Below, one piece after another: positions 11,033 through 20,823 of a DNA stretch of 54,510 nt. Positions within the stretch are counted from its first letter, which is position 1. The number at the start of each line of letters is the position of its first letter. The stretch is from Cognaticolwellia sp. (lineage in GTDB: Bacteria; Pseudomonadota; Gammaproteobacteria; Enterobacterales; Alteromonadaceae): assembly GCA_041616855.1 (NCBI GenBank), contig JBFJQB010000001.1:1-54510 (forward strand), written 5' to 3'. A program made the translations under genes and the position numbers. The notes below the pieces were generated by a model. The model was given only the letters and a program-made list of their open reading frames with translations. It was not told the DNA's origin and made no database searches.

Positions 11033-11150
11033 GTAACTCTGGCAACTCCAGATGTAAACCTGTCGATAACCCTCAGGGTTGTTGAGGTGGTTTGCGGGGT
11101 AACTCCAGCAACCCTGGTTATCACCATAAGGACAACCCTGGTAACTCTTG
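11033..11150. repeat. Array of ~9-bp degenerate repeats (YAACYCY core) with one palindrome, upstream of hicB
   Basis: GTAACTCTG-GCAACTCCA (11033), ATAACCCT-C-AGGGTTGT palindrome (11066-11082), GTAACTCCA-GCAACCCTG (11099), ACAACCCTG-GTAACTCTT (11132). A related TTACCTAGGGTTGT lies near 11271. Confidence 0.75.
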
Positions 11151-11584
11151 CTTTATTTGGAGTGACTATTCACTTACGCTAAAAGCTTATTTAAAGCTGT
11201 AGGTTGGTATTCAGGGATTGTGAATGATTAAAAAATATCTTGGGCGTATTCAAGTTATATTTCAGTAGTATTACCTAGGGTTGTTGGGTGTAAAGTTTTC
11301 ATTATTAATGACTAAATTAAATTAAAGCTTTGTAGTATTAACAGGTGATGAAATGAATTAATAGCTGTGATTATGGCGAGGATTTAACGTTTACATTGTC
11401 TGTTTAATGGTTTATTAATCAGTGATATTTGCTACTTTAAAAAGTTAAATAAAGGTGTGCATTTAGGTAGGGTGATAGCCATAAAGTACGATGTATTTAT
11501 GCTGAGAATAATGATATTTACTAAAGTTAAAATGACTGCTTCCGAGAAAAAAATATGTCGATTATCTTTTAGGCTATGTTGTTT

Positions 11585-12358
11585 CTACCAATAATTTTCA
11601 AAACTAAAGTGACCTGACGAACGCCTTAAGTGCTTCTGGAAACCTAACTCAAGTAGAACATCACGTGTGTCGTGAATCATTGCAGGGTTGCCACATAAAT
11701 AGAAAAAGCTGCTGTGTTTAGTTGGACTTAATTTCACGGCCTGCATTAGGCTGCCATCTTTTAATAAGCTTGGGATCCTGCCAGAGATGATATCTTGGTA
11801 CTTTTCGCGTGAAACAATTGGTAGGTAGGTAAGTTTGCCATGATATTCTTTTTGTAACTGGCTAATTAACTCTTGATAGACTAATTCTTGGCGTGTTCGT
11901 ACGGCATGAACCAAAATAAGCTTTTCAAAGCGGGTCTTGCTTTCCTGCTCCGCTAACAGTGAAAGAAAGGGGCCAATAGCGGTGCCAGTAGATAATAACC
12001 ACAGATCTTTTACGGTTGAGGGGATCTCACTGAGGGTCATAAATCCACTTGGTTTTTCACCAACATATATTTCATCGCCAATGTGTAATTGTGCAAGTTT
12101 AGGGCTTAAATCTCCACTGGGTACATCAATAATAAGAAACTCCATATGATTTGCACCTAGGCTATGATTGGGTGAATTAACGAAAGAATAAGCACGCCTA
12201 AGCCAGTTACCATTTTCATCCTTGAGTGCTAACTTAGTAAATTGTCCTGCAGTATAAGGCCCAATTTCGGCCTTTACCTGAATGGAGAACTCATTTTCAG
12301 TCCATTGTTTGTAGTGAATTATTTCACCTTTCTTAAAGCCTGAAAGTTCTTTTGTCAT
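11585..12358 (-). CDS. fpr: Ferredoxin/flavodoxin--NADP+ reductase
   Basis: AGQFTKL, RRAYS, GDLSP, LSTGTAIGPF, YLCGNP, C-terminal ENYW. Confidence 0.93.
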   Translation of the reverse strand: MTKELSGFKKGEIIHYKQWTENEFSIQVKAEIGPYTAGQFTKLALKDENGNWLRRAYSFVNSPNHSLGANHMEFLIIDVPSGDLSPKLAQLHIGDEIYVGEKPSGFMTLSEIPSTVKDLWLLSTGTAIGPFLSLLAEQESKTRFEKLILVHAVRTRQELVYQELISQLQKEYHGKLTYLPIVSREKYQDIISGRIPSLLKDGSLMQAVKLSPTKHSSFFYLCGNPAMIHDTRDVLLELGFQKHLRRSSGHFSFENYW

Positions 12359-12486
12359 AGCAGTCTCCGATAAATTTTATTAGTTAATCTACGATTAACT
12401 ATAGAACTAAGATACTAGTTTACATAAGAAATATATCAATCAAGTTAAAATTTACTAAGCTGTCTATCTGATGAACATGTTAACCG

Positions 12487-13284
12487 TTAATATTCACAAG
12501 GCGGGTATTCTGCAATTACTTGTGAAGCAACTTGTCCTAGAAAATCTTGTGTTTCGGCCACCAAATCAATAGTCTCTATCCAAGGGACTAGATCAGCTGA
12601 AGCGCCTGTAATGACTTGATAGAAAACCAACGCGGATAATAAGCGCCCAATGTCAGATGCATGATTACCATCACTAGAATGTAGCTTCAGTTCAGGCTTT
12701 AATAGCAAAGCTTTATCCCAAGCTAAACCGATAGGAGCTACACAGCCTGATTCTTGTTGTGCGATTTCGACATGAATATTATGTACCATTTTCCCTTCAT
12801 TGCTATTGCCACGTTGTGGATGCTCCGGAAATAATATGGGGGTAGCTCTTTGCTCTTTTGCGTGTTGAAGCCATTTTTTTGCCCCATCAATTGGATATGA
12901 AACCTGCCCACTCTGTGAGTATTTTTGTGCTTGAAAAATGACATGTGTCCAAGCTTCACTTTGTAATATATCAAGTGATGAGCCATCAGAAAGCCTTTCA
13001 TCTAAATAATATTGGCTAGAATTTTCAGATAATAGGATAGACTTTTCGGGTAAACCTGCCTTAACGATCTCTTTAATTATAGGAGCTAGGCCAACTATAT
13101 GACTATTGCCAAAAAGCAGCACTTTATATTCTTGTTTATCTGTATTACTAGGTATGGATAAATTTTGGCTATTAGAAAATTCAGGATTTGTTACTGGCAC
13201 TTCTTTTGTTTTTTCGGTGGTATCTGAACAGCTAGAGAGCAAAGCCAAAGTTGTTATTGATAAGAAAAACTGATGTTTGTTCAA
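12487..13284 (-). CDS. SGNH/GDSL-like hydrolase lipoprotein
   Basis: Lipobox LLSSC, block I VLLFGNSH, APIGLAW and DGNH catalytic motif; TTG start. Confidence 0.7.
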   Translation of the reverse strand: MNKHQFFLSITTLALLSSCSDTTEKTKEVPVTNPEFSNSQNLSIPSNTDKQEYKVLLFGNSHIVGLAPIIKEIVKAGLPEKSILLSENSSQYYLDERLSDGSSLDILQSEAWTHVIFQAQKYSQSGQVSYPIDGAKKWLQHAKEQRATPILFPEHPQRGNSNEGKMVHNIHVEIAQQESGCVAPIGLAWDKALLLKPELKLHSSDGNHASDIGRLLSALVFYQVITGASADLVPWIETIDLVAETQDFLGQVASQVIAEYPPCEY

Positions 13285-13572
13285 ATGATAATCCCTTAAT
13301 TTTCAACTTTAATTATTAATTACGTCTAACTTAGCTTAATTTTCTAGAAAAAAGTATTGTTTATGCTATCTCATTATTTTCGGATGCAAAACAAGGAATA
13401 TGAAAATTACCTGTCTCAATTACTTTTACACCATTAATACAGTTTATTTGCCGTCAAACCTATTGCCTATTAATTGTAATTTTATATTAATAGACGATGA
13501 TAAAGTCTCTGCAAGCTCGCAATAACGCCTATGCTTAAAGTATAGCTAGGTGTACTGGCCACTGGAGTTTTT

Positions 13573-14769
13573 ATGAAAAGTTTAGCTAAACTGTTATTGA
13601 TAGCCTTGATATTATTTTTGCTGATGGCGTGTCAATCTAGGCCATCATTACAGACCGATTATGCCAGCAATATTGGCGATAATATTTTTTTAGATGAAAA
13701 GTTTAATGGTTATCAAGACGTTGTTGTAGAAACTGAAACTGAAATATTTGCTTTAAGTCCCGAAATGATCGTGATGGCGCAAAGTATTGCTTCAGAGCGC
13801 GATGTACGTAGAAAAGCTAACAAGCTACTGCGTAACTTTTTTAATCCAGACTACATAAATTTAGCGTATAAATCTGGCGCTAATTTAATTGCATCTCAAG
13901 CATTTAAAAATCAAGAGGCAAACTGTTTATCATTAACTATTATGGCATACGCGATAGCAAAAGAAGCAAAGCTTAACGTGGCGTTTCAAAAAGTCAGTGT
14001 TCCGGAATACTGGGTAAGAAATGGTCGGGTTAACATGCTCACAGGCCACATTAATTTAGCAGTCTTACAGCCAAAATCACCACATCAAATGATATTCTTA
14101 ACAAGAACCGACCTTGAAATTGATTTTGATCCTTTCATAAACAAAAAATCGTTCCCAAAACATCAGATTGATAAACCTACCGTACTGGCAATGTTTTACA
14201 ATAATAAAGGCGCGAATGCCATGGTAAATGGTGAATATGTTACCGCTTATGCTTATTTTAAGATGGCCACGCAAATGGACCCGTTATTTTCCTCAGCATG
14301 GGGGAATTTAGGTATTCTATTTCGTTTAAAAGGTTTCCAGAAAAATGCCATTGACAGCTATCGCTATGCGATAAATTTAAACCGAAATAATTTAACCGCG
14401 ATGGAAAATCTCAGTAAGATATTACACGTAAATGGTAACCATGAAGAAGCAAAAAGACTTGATTCTCATATTATGCGTAAAAGAGCCACTAACCCTTATT
14501 ATTATGGCTTACTTGGTGATGAAAAGTTTTATCAAGGTGCGTATCAAGCAGCAATAAATCACTATAGAAAAGCGATCAAACTTAATAAGAACATCCATGA
14601 ATTTTATTTTGGCTTAGCAAAAGTTTATTATATGTTAGATGATATAGATAAAGCTGAAAGTTACCTCAAGAAAGCAATGGCAAAAAATCGTATCGCTCAG
14701 GTGGATACCCAATACTTAGCAAAACTCAATGTGTTAAAACAAGTAGATCAAGGTCATAAATTACCTTGA
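13573..14769 (+). CDS. TPR lipoprotein with transglutaminase-like N-terminal domain
   Basis: Lipobox LLMAC; ANCLSLT / GHINL / EIDF Cys-His-Asp order; C-terminal TPRs (AWGNLGIL, YYGLLG, FYFGLAKVY). Confidence 0.78.
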   Translation: MKSLAKLLLIALILFLLMACQSRPSLQTDYASNIGDNIFLDEKFNGYQDVVVETETEIFALSPEMIVMAQSIASERDVRRKANKLLRNFFNPDYINLAYKSGANLIASQAFKNQEANCLSLTIMAYAIAKEAKLNVAFQKVSVPEYWVRNGRVNMLTGHINLAVLQPKSPHQMIFLTRTDLEIDFDPFINKKSFPKHQIDKPTVLAMFYNNKGANAMVNGEYVTAYAYFKMATQMDPLFSSAWGNLGILFRLKGFQKNAIDSYRYAINLNRNNLTAMENLSKILHVNGNHEEAKRLDSHIMRKRATNPYYYGLLGDEKFYQGAYQAAINHYRKAIKLNKNIHEFYFGLAKVYYMLDDIDKAESYLKKAMAKNRIAQVDTQYLAKLNVLKQVDQGHKLP

Positions 14770-15704
14770 TCTACATTAAACAAGTCCTATTGTTTTTATT
14801 TATCGCGTTAACTTCGGGTTGTAGCCTCGATAATCGTGCTGATATAAAGATAACAACTGCGCCTGAATCAACACTGCTAAAACACTTATTTTATTTATCG
14901 TCTGATGACTTAAAAGGTCGTCGCGTTGGTACACGTGGCGGTCAGTTGGCGCAAAATTATATTGTTAGTCATCTACAAGAATATGGCATTAAGCCTCTGG
15001 GAAATACATACCTTGCGCCGTTTACCGTTAGTGGTCTCTTTAAAGATATCCAAGGTAGTAATGTTATCGGTGTTATCCCAGGCAGCAAGTTTGAAAATCA
15101 GTTTATTGTGCTCTCTGCCCACTTTGATCATATTGGTGGCCGAAACAGCAAAATTTATAATGGTGCTGATGACAATGCCTCGGGTACGTCTGCCTTATTA
15201 GAATTTGGTAGACGTATACAGCAATCACCATTGCGTTATAGCGTAATACTTTTATTTACCGACGCAGAAGAGGCTAACTTAAAAGGAGCAAAAGCTTTTA
15301 TAGCGCAAAACTCACCATTATTAAGTCATATTGTGCTCAATGTTAATCTTGATATGATTGGGGGAAGTGCTACAACGAAGCATTTACGGTATGTAAGCCG
15401 AGGATTAGATCAGCTAGTCGGGACTGATAATGTATTAGCGTTAAAACAGCAAGAGTACGGGGTTTCGTTAAAAAAAGGCTTTGGACAACAAAGTGGTCGT
15501 GAAAGTACAAATATCAACTGGAAACTCGCTAGCGACCACGGCGTGTTCTTCAGAGCAAAAATACCTTTTATATATTATGGTGTTGGAGTTCATAAAAATT
15601 ACCATCAAACAACTGACACTTATCAAAACATCAACCAGCGATTTTTCATTAATGCAGCCAATGCCATCTTTCAACAACTTATTTTTATTGAGCAAAACCT
15701 ATAA
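14766..15704 (+). CDS. M28-family metallopeptidase lipoprotein
   Basis: Lipobox LTSGC; SAHFDH, GADDNASG, DAEE, NLDMIG, SDH, YHQTTD; 4-bp overlap with the TPR gene. Confidence 0.9.
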   Translation: MIYIKQVLLFLFIALTSGCSLDNRADIKITTAPESTLLKHLFYLSSDDLKGRRVGTRGGQLAQNYIVSHLQEYGIKPLGNTYLAPFTVSGLFKDIQGSNVIGVIPGSKFENQFIVLSAHFDHIGGRNSKIYNGADDNASGTSALLEFGRRIQQSPLRYSVILLFTDAEEANLKGAKAFIAQNSPLLSHIVLNVNLDMIGGSATTKHLRYVSRGLDQLVGTDNVLALKQQEYGVSLKKGFGQQSGRESTNINWKLASDHGVFFRAKIPFIYYGVGVHKNYHQTTDTYQNINQRFFINAANAIFQQLIFIEQNL

Positions 15705-15791
15705 ATTACTCAACGGGGCTACTCAGACTGATAAAAAACACGTTATAATGGCTGCTACTATAAAAATTAACTCAATGAGGTTAACTCATCA

Positions 15792-16349
15792 ATGGATAAG
15801 CGATTTATAACAGCGCAAGAATTGCTTGAAGACTCGTTTCGCGTTGCTGCGAAAGTCTTTGAAGACGGTTTTAGACCACAATTTATTGTTGGTATTTGGC
15901 GTGGTGGTGCTCCTATTGGTATCGCAGTACAAGAGTATTTTGACTTTAAAAAAGTAGAAACCGATCACATTGCAGTTCGAACGTCTTCTTATTACGGCAT
16001 AAATCAGCAAAGCAAAGAAATTAAAGTCCATGGTTTGCACTATATTATTGAAAATGCCAATGCTGACGATGGTTTGTTAATTGTTGATGATGTTTTTGAT
16101 TCTGGTCGCAGTATTGAAGCGTTAATCAACCAAATGAAAAAATTAACCCGTAATAATATGCCAAAAGATGTCAGAATTGCCTGTCCTTGGTATAAACCGA
16201 AGAATTCCAAAGTCGACTTAGTGCCAGATTATTATATTCATGAATCTACAGAGTGGCTTGTTTTCCCTCATGAACTCTCTGGTTTAACGCCTGATGAAAT
16301 AGCACATGGTAAAAAAGATTTAGTCAATATTTTAGATTTATTTGAATAA
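15792..16349 (+). CDS. Type I phosphoribosyltransferase (purine salvage, hypoxanthine/xanthine PRT-like)
   Basis: GIWRGG, PRPP-binding loop LIVDDVFDSGRS, WYKP, WLVFPHE. Confidence 0.88.
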   Translation: MDKRFITAQELLEDSFRVAAKVFEDGFRPQFIVGIWRGGAPIGIAVQEYFDFKKVETDHIAVRTSSYYGINQQSKEIKVHGLHYIIENANADDGLLIVDDVFDSGRSIEALINQMKKLTRNNMPKDVRIACPWYKPKNSKVDLVPDYYIHESTEWLVFPHELSGLTPDEIAHGKKDLVNILDLFE

Positions 16350-16367
16350 ACTTTTATATAAATATAG

Positions 16368-16394
16368 CCAACGCACGTGATAGAGGTGCGTTGG
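16368..16394 (+). terminator. Hairpin after the PRT gene, probable terminator
   Basis: CCAACGCAC-N9-GTGCGTTGG followed by TTAATTT. Confidence 0.55.
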
Positions 16395-16516
16395 TTAATT
16401 TACCAGCTTAAACATATATCATTATGATGTAAGTAGAAGCGATTATTTTTCTACAAAAAGCATTAATGCCTTAAGTTAAACATTCTATAGCCTATAGCAA
16501 AGCCTGGTTGTATCTG

Positions 16517-17737
16517 ATGAAAATAAAAGTATGTATGTTGCTGGCCTATTTGTATTCAACTATGTGTTGGGCCAAAACGCCACTGGTACTATTATCTATA
16601 GATGGCTTTGCTCAACGTTATCTCCAGCAATATCAACCCAAGACTCTCATGTCGCTTATTAACCAGGGTACAAGCGCGCAAGCCTTACTGCCTGTTTACC
16701 CCAGTAAAACCTTCCCAAATCACCTAAGTATTATTACGGGGCGTTATCCTATCAATCATGGCATTGTACATAATTCGTTTTATCATCGTGATATAGACAA
16801 AGTATATCAAGTAGGCGATGGCGAAAGTGATGCTCGCTGGTTAACTGCCAAGCCTCTATGGTATATCAATGAACGCCAAGGAAATAAATCTGCAATTTAT
16901 TTTTGGCCTGAGTCCGAAGCCACGACAGACAATAAAACAGCCAGTTATTATTTGCCTTACCGCCATTTCACCCCAAATGAAAAAAGATTCGATCAAATAT
17001 TAGCGTGGTTAAGGTTGCCTGTTTCGCAACGGCCAAATTTTATTGCCGGTTATTTTGCCAGTATCGATGATGCTGGGCATAACTTTGGGGGAAATTCACC
17101 GCAACTTATCGATGCGATTAAACAATTAGATCAGTTGCTTGGCAACTTTGTAAAGACTATTGAGCAAGAGTTTGACGGGCGGGTAAACCTTATTATAGTC
17201 TCTGATCATGGCATGACGCGGGTGAATAAACACCACCGAATAAAGTGGCAGGAAAACATGGTTGATGGCGTAACTGTTGTTAATGGCATCACCCAGCTAT
17301 ACTTGTATAGCGATAACAAAGAAAAATTGCAGCACACTATTCGTTTGTTTGAAAATGCAAAAAACAAACATCGAGAAAGTAAGTACCGAGTTTACCAATA
17401 TCCAAATTTCCCAAGCCATTGGCATTTAAATAGAGAATCTGCGGTAGTACCGGATGTGATTATCGAAGCCTCTCCGTCATATCTTTTTAGTCAAAATGAG
17501 CAAGAATTGTCACCCGGCAACCATGGCTATGATGCCAAATTACAACGAGATTTAGACGGTATTTTTATCGCTACAGGTCCTGCATTTAATAAAAATAAAA
17601 AAATTGCGGCATTTGAGAATATTCATGTTTTACCGATAATGACCCGAGCATTAGGTTTAAGTGATGAGGTTAATATTGATGGAAATTATCAACTGGCAGA
17701 GCAAGTAGTTAAAAAGACCGTTGTTATAGAGTATTAG
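16517..17737 (+). CDS. Secreted nucleotide pyrophosphatase/phosphodiesterase (alkaline phosphatase superfamily)
   Basis: Signal peptide; LSIDG, PSKTFPNH (catalytic Thr), DDAGH, SDHG, GNHGY. Confidence 0.9.
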   Translation: MKIKVCMLLAYLYSTMCWAKTPLVLLSIDGFAQRYLQQYQPKTLMSLINQGTSAQALLPVYPSKTFPNHLSIITGRYPINHGIVHNSFYHRDIDKVYQVGDGESDARWLTAKPLWYINERQGNKSAIYFWPESEATTDNKTASYYLPYRHFTPNEKRFDQILAWLRLPVSQRPNFIAGYFASIDDAGHNFGGNSPQLIDAIKQLDQLLGNFVKTIEQEFDGRVNLIIVSDHGMTRVNKHHRIKWQENMVDGVTVVNGITQLYLYSDNKEKLQHTIRLFENAKNKHRESKYRVYQYPNFPSHWHLNRESAVVPDVIIEASPSYLFSQNEQELSPGNHGYDAKLQRDLDGIFIATGPAFNKNKKIAAFENIHVLPIMTRALGLSDEVNIDGNYQLAEQVVKKTVVIEY

Positions 17738-17793
17738 AAAAGGGCGTATATAGGTTATTTAATTTACCTTGTTGAATGTATCTAGAGCATAGA

Positions 17794-18249
17794 ATGGCAA
17801 TATTTCAATTTACCTTAAGCAAAGGACACCAAGTTGCATCAGGTATGGCGAATGATCCTCGCTTCCCTCAGGGCACAATTGCAGCGTAGTTACCATTTTT
17901 TAATGCGCTTGGCTTAGACCTAGGTAATTTCCACCCAGCCACGCTAAATGCTCAATTTAACTGTTCATCAATTTTTGTCAAACGATTTGATTATGAGTTT
18001 GACCAAGTTAAGTGGCATGAAAAAATGCCCGCTGAAGACTTTAAATTTACTTGCTGCACTGTTGTGGTAAATGAACAACGTTATCCTGCGCTGATTTATC
18101 AACCACAAGTCACGACTAAAACCGAACACTTTCAACCTAACAATCAATTAGAAATACTAGCCCCCTTTATTGCTCAGGTTACTTACGGTGATACCTTAGG
18201 CATAGAAATAGCCAATGATAGCATCGTCCTAGTAATGAATAGTTCGTGA
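17794..18249 (+). pseudogene. Gene interrupted by an in-frame TAG at codon 32; weak CTP-dependent riboflavin kinase-like signature
   Basis: ATG 17794 reads [53 protein letters not shown].. and continues in frame into the track ORF 18025-18249. The only stop is TAG at 17887-17889. Confidence 0.72.
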
Positions 18250-18501
18250 GTAGTTTTTGGCTGTTTGTTGATACTTTTACAACTGCTATATAACGATCAA
18301 AATAAATATTTTTATAGCCGCTATTGCTAATTACTGCTGTATTAAGTGCACTTTTAATAGGAAAGCTATGCTATTAACGCGTAAATTTGTCTCAAATTAA
18401 GAAAAAATATCAACAAGTGACATTTCACCCTTAAATAACTTTTCATAAACCGGCATAATGAGGTATGTTTTGAATACAATAACTTTTATAACAATTTGCC
18501 T

Positions 18502-19713
18502 ATGAAAATAAGCTATATTGCTCGTCAGGCTATACTTGACAGAAATCATCAAACAGTTGGTTACGAACTTTTATTTAGGGATAGTCCAGAAAATAAATTT
18601 CCCGAAATAGATCAAGATATTGCCAGTTCTAAATTGATCATTCAAAACCATTTTCAGGGCGATATTCAGTCTGTTACTTTAGGCAAGCTGGCGTTTATAA
18701 ATTTTACCGAAAAATGCCTAGTTAACAAATATCCATTGATGTTTAACAAAGACAATATTGTGATTGAGTTAGTCGGCCATCTTTCAGCTAGTCATCGATT
18801 AATCAAAATCGTGCAATATTATCACGATAAAGGTTACAAAATAGCACTAACTGAGTATGACTTAGATGCAAAGTGGGATGTACTATTTCCTTACATTGCT
18901 ATGATTAAAATCGATACAGAAACGACCAATGCTAAACGTATACGGCCGATATTACAGCGGATAAAATCATTTGATATTAAGCTTATCGCCGAAAAGGTTG
19001 AAACTAATTATCAATTACAATCACTGGCAGAAGTTGGCTTTGATTATTACCAAGGTTTCTTTTACCACGAGCCAGAAATTATAGAAGGACAAACGTTAGC
19101 TCCCATTAAGTCGCAAATGCTACATTTGATCACTGAAACATTTAATCAACCGTTAGATTTTGAGCATATCGCAGAAATCATTGGTCATGATGTTAATTTA
19201 ACCCTAGGGCTACTTAAATTAGTTAACAATGTTTCAACCGGTACACGAGTTGAAATTACGTCATTAAAACAGGCTGCGGCTTATTTAGGAGAAGACAAGC
19301 TTAAGCAATTTGTCACTATCTTAGCGCTATCTAAATTAACCACGAATAAATCCAGTGAAGTTTCAAGGCAATCACTGATCACAGCGAAGCTAATGTCAAA
19401 ACTCGCCAATGAAAGTGCTTTTATTACAGTAAGTGACTTTGCCTTTATTACCGGATTATTGAGTTCAATAGAAGTGATTTTGAGTATGCCGATGGATGAA
19501 ATTTTAAAAACTATGCCTTTAGCTAAGCCTATTGAAGATGCGCTAGTAAGCCATAGTGGTTTATTAGGAGAGTTGTTAGAATTAACCATTAATTATATTA
19601 CCGGTGATGGTGAAAACATCCAGCAATTAACAGACTCATATGGGCTAGACGCAAATTTTGTTCACAAAGAGTTTGTTAATGCCAGTAACTGGTGTAAATC
19701 TCTCGGTATTTAA
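18502..19713 (+). CDS. EAL and HDOD domain protein (YuxH/PdeH-like), EAL probably degenerate
   Basis: ARQAILD, GYELLFR, AFINF, AEKVET, YQGFF; HDOD LLKLVN..SLKQA..LG and AFITGLLS. ALDDF is replaced by ALTEY. Confidence 0.88.
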   Translation: MKISYIARQAILDRNHQTVGYELLFRDSPENKFPEIDQDIASSKLIIQNHFQGDIQSVTLGKLAFINFTEKCLVNKYPLMFNKDNIVIELVGHLSASHRLIKIVQYYHDKGYKIALTEYDLDAKWDVLFPYIAMIKIDTETTNAKRIRPILQRIKSFDIKLIAEKVETNYQLQSLAEVGFDYYQGFFYHEPEIIEGQTLAPIKSQMLHLITETFNQPLDFEHIAEIIGHDVNLTLGLLKLVNNVSTGTRVEITSLKQAAAYLGEDKLKQFVTILALSKLTTNKSSEVSRQSLITAKLMSKLANESAFITVSDFAFITGLLSSIEVILSMPMDEILKTMPLAKPIEDALVSHSGLLGELLELTINYITGDGENIQQLTDSYGLDANFVHKEFVNASNWCKSLGI

Positions 19714-19734
19714 TCAGGCCAATCATTGATTAGA

Positions 19735-19767
19735 AAAGTGCGTTGGCATTTTATAGCAACGCGCTTT
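19735..19767. terminator. Hairpin between the convergent EAL-HDOD and yghU genes
   Basis: AAAGTGCGTTG-N11-CAACGCGCTTT followed by a T-rich run. Confidence 0.55.
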
Positions 19768-19781
19768 GTCTTTGTTTTTAA

Positions 19782-20666
19782 CTAACCATCTAATGTAAGT
19801 TTGTTTTGTGTGCGTTGTAAAAAATCACTGGCATCGTGGCGTTCATGTAATTGGCTTGCCAACTCTCCCCAGTTTTTGTTGACCATTACGCCACGTTTCA
19901 CCGCAGGGCGCTGATCTATATTTTCTGCCCAACGCATAACATTTTTATAAGACCCTAGGTCTAAAAACTCCGCAGCGTCATATAAACGGTTTAAAGCAAG
20001 TGCCCCGTACCAAGGCCAAATAGCTATATCGGCAATGGTGTATTCGTCGCCACAGATATAACATTTGTTTTCAAGGTGCTTATCGAGCACATCTAGTTGG
20101 CGTTTCACTTCCATTGAAAACCTGTCGATACAATAAGCAATTTTTTCAGGAGCGTAAGCATAAAAATGTCCAAAGCCACCACCAAGGTACGGCGCACTGC
20201 CCATTTGCCAAAACAGCCAAGACATACATTCAACACGCTTTTCGTCAGCCGGTAAAAAGGCATTAAACTTTTCAGCTAAATATAATAAAATAGCGCCTGA
20301 CTCAAACAATCGCAGCGACTTTTCATCACTTTTGTCCAGTAAAGCGGGGATTTTTGAATTAGGGTTAACTTCAACAAAACCACTGCCAAATTGCTCGCCC
20401 TGACTAATATCGATTAAGAAAGCATCATATTCAGCGCCGTTGAGCCCTAAGGCTAATAACTCCTCAAACATAATGGTGACTTTAACACCGTTAGGGGTAG
20501 CAAGAGAATACAGTTGAAAAGGGTGCTTACCTTGAGGGAGCTTTTTTTCATGTCTAGCACCTGAAATAGGCCGGTTAATCGCTGCCCAAGTGCCGCCACT
20601 TTCCGCTTGCCATTGCCAGACTTTCGGCGGTATATAAGTACCTTTTTTATTCGTTTTTTCACTCAT
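19782..20666 (-). CDS. yghU: Glutathione-dependent disulfide-bond oxidoreductase (GST Nu class)
   Basis: YIPPKVW, INRPISGA, YSLATPNGVKV, NPNSKIP, FESGAIL, WQMGSAPYLGGGFGHFY, ERHDASDF. Confidence 0.95.
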   Translation of the reverse strand: MSEKTNKKGTYIPPKVWQWQAESGGTWAAINRPISGARHEKKLPQGKHPFQLYSLATPNGVKVTIMFEELLALGLNGAEYDAFLIDISQGEQFGSGFVEVNPNSKIPALLDKSDEKSLRLFESGAILLYLAEKFNAFLPADEKRVECMSWLFWQMGSAPYLGGGFGHFYAYAPEKIAYCIDRFSMEVKRQLDVLDKHLENKCYICGDEYTIADIAIWPWYGALALNRLYDAAEFLDLGSYKNVMRWAENIDQRPAVKRGVMVNKNWGELASQLHERHDASDFLQRTQNKLTLDG

Positions 20667-20823
20667 GTGTGTTCCATTTTTAATATTTATTATTGCTGTA
20701 GCTGCTCAAACAATGTGAGATAGCCGTTATAATGTCAGCGTTTGAAGCTGTTCCCGTTATTTTTTACGTAAAAAGAGCAAAGTAACCCATCAGAATCTTT
20801 AAGTTTTAAACATAATATACTTA

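Noticed and set aside
11018-11127. 36-aa minus-strand ORF MVITRVAGVTPQ.. as a possible HicA toxin
   Set aside because: Too short, lacks the HicA GSH motif, and is explained by the 9-bp repeat periodicity.
11033-11150. Repeats as a mini-CRISPR array
   Set aside because: Units are ~9 bp, degenerate and irregularly spaced, with no cas genes.
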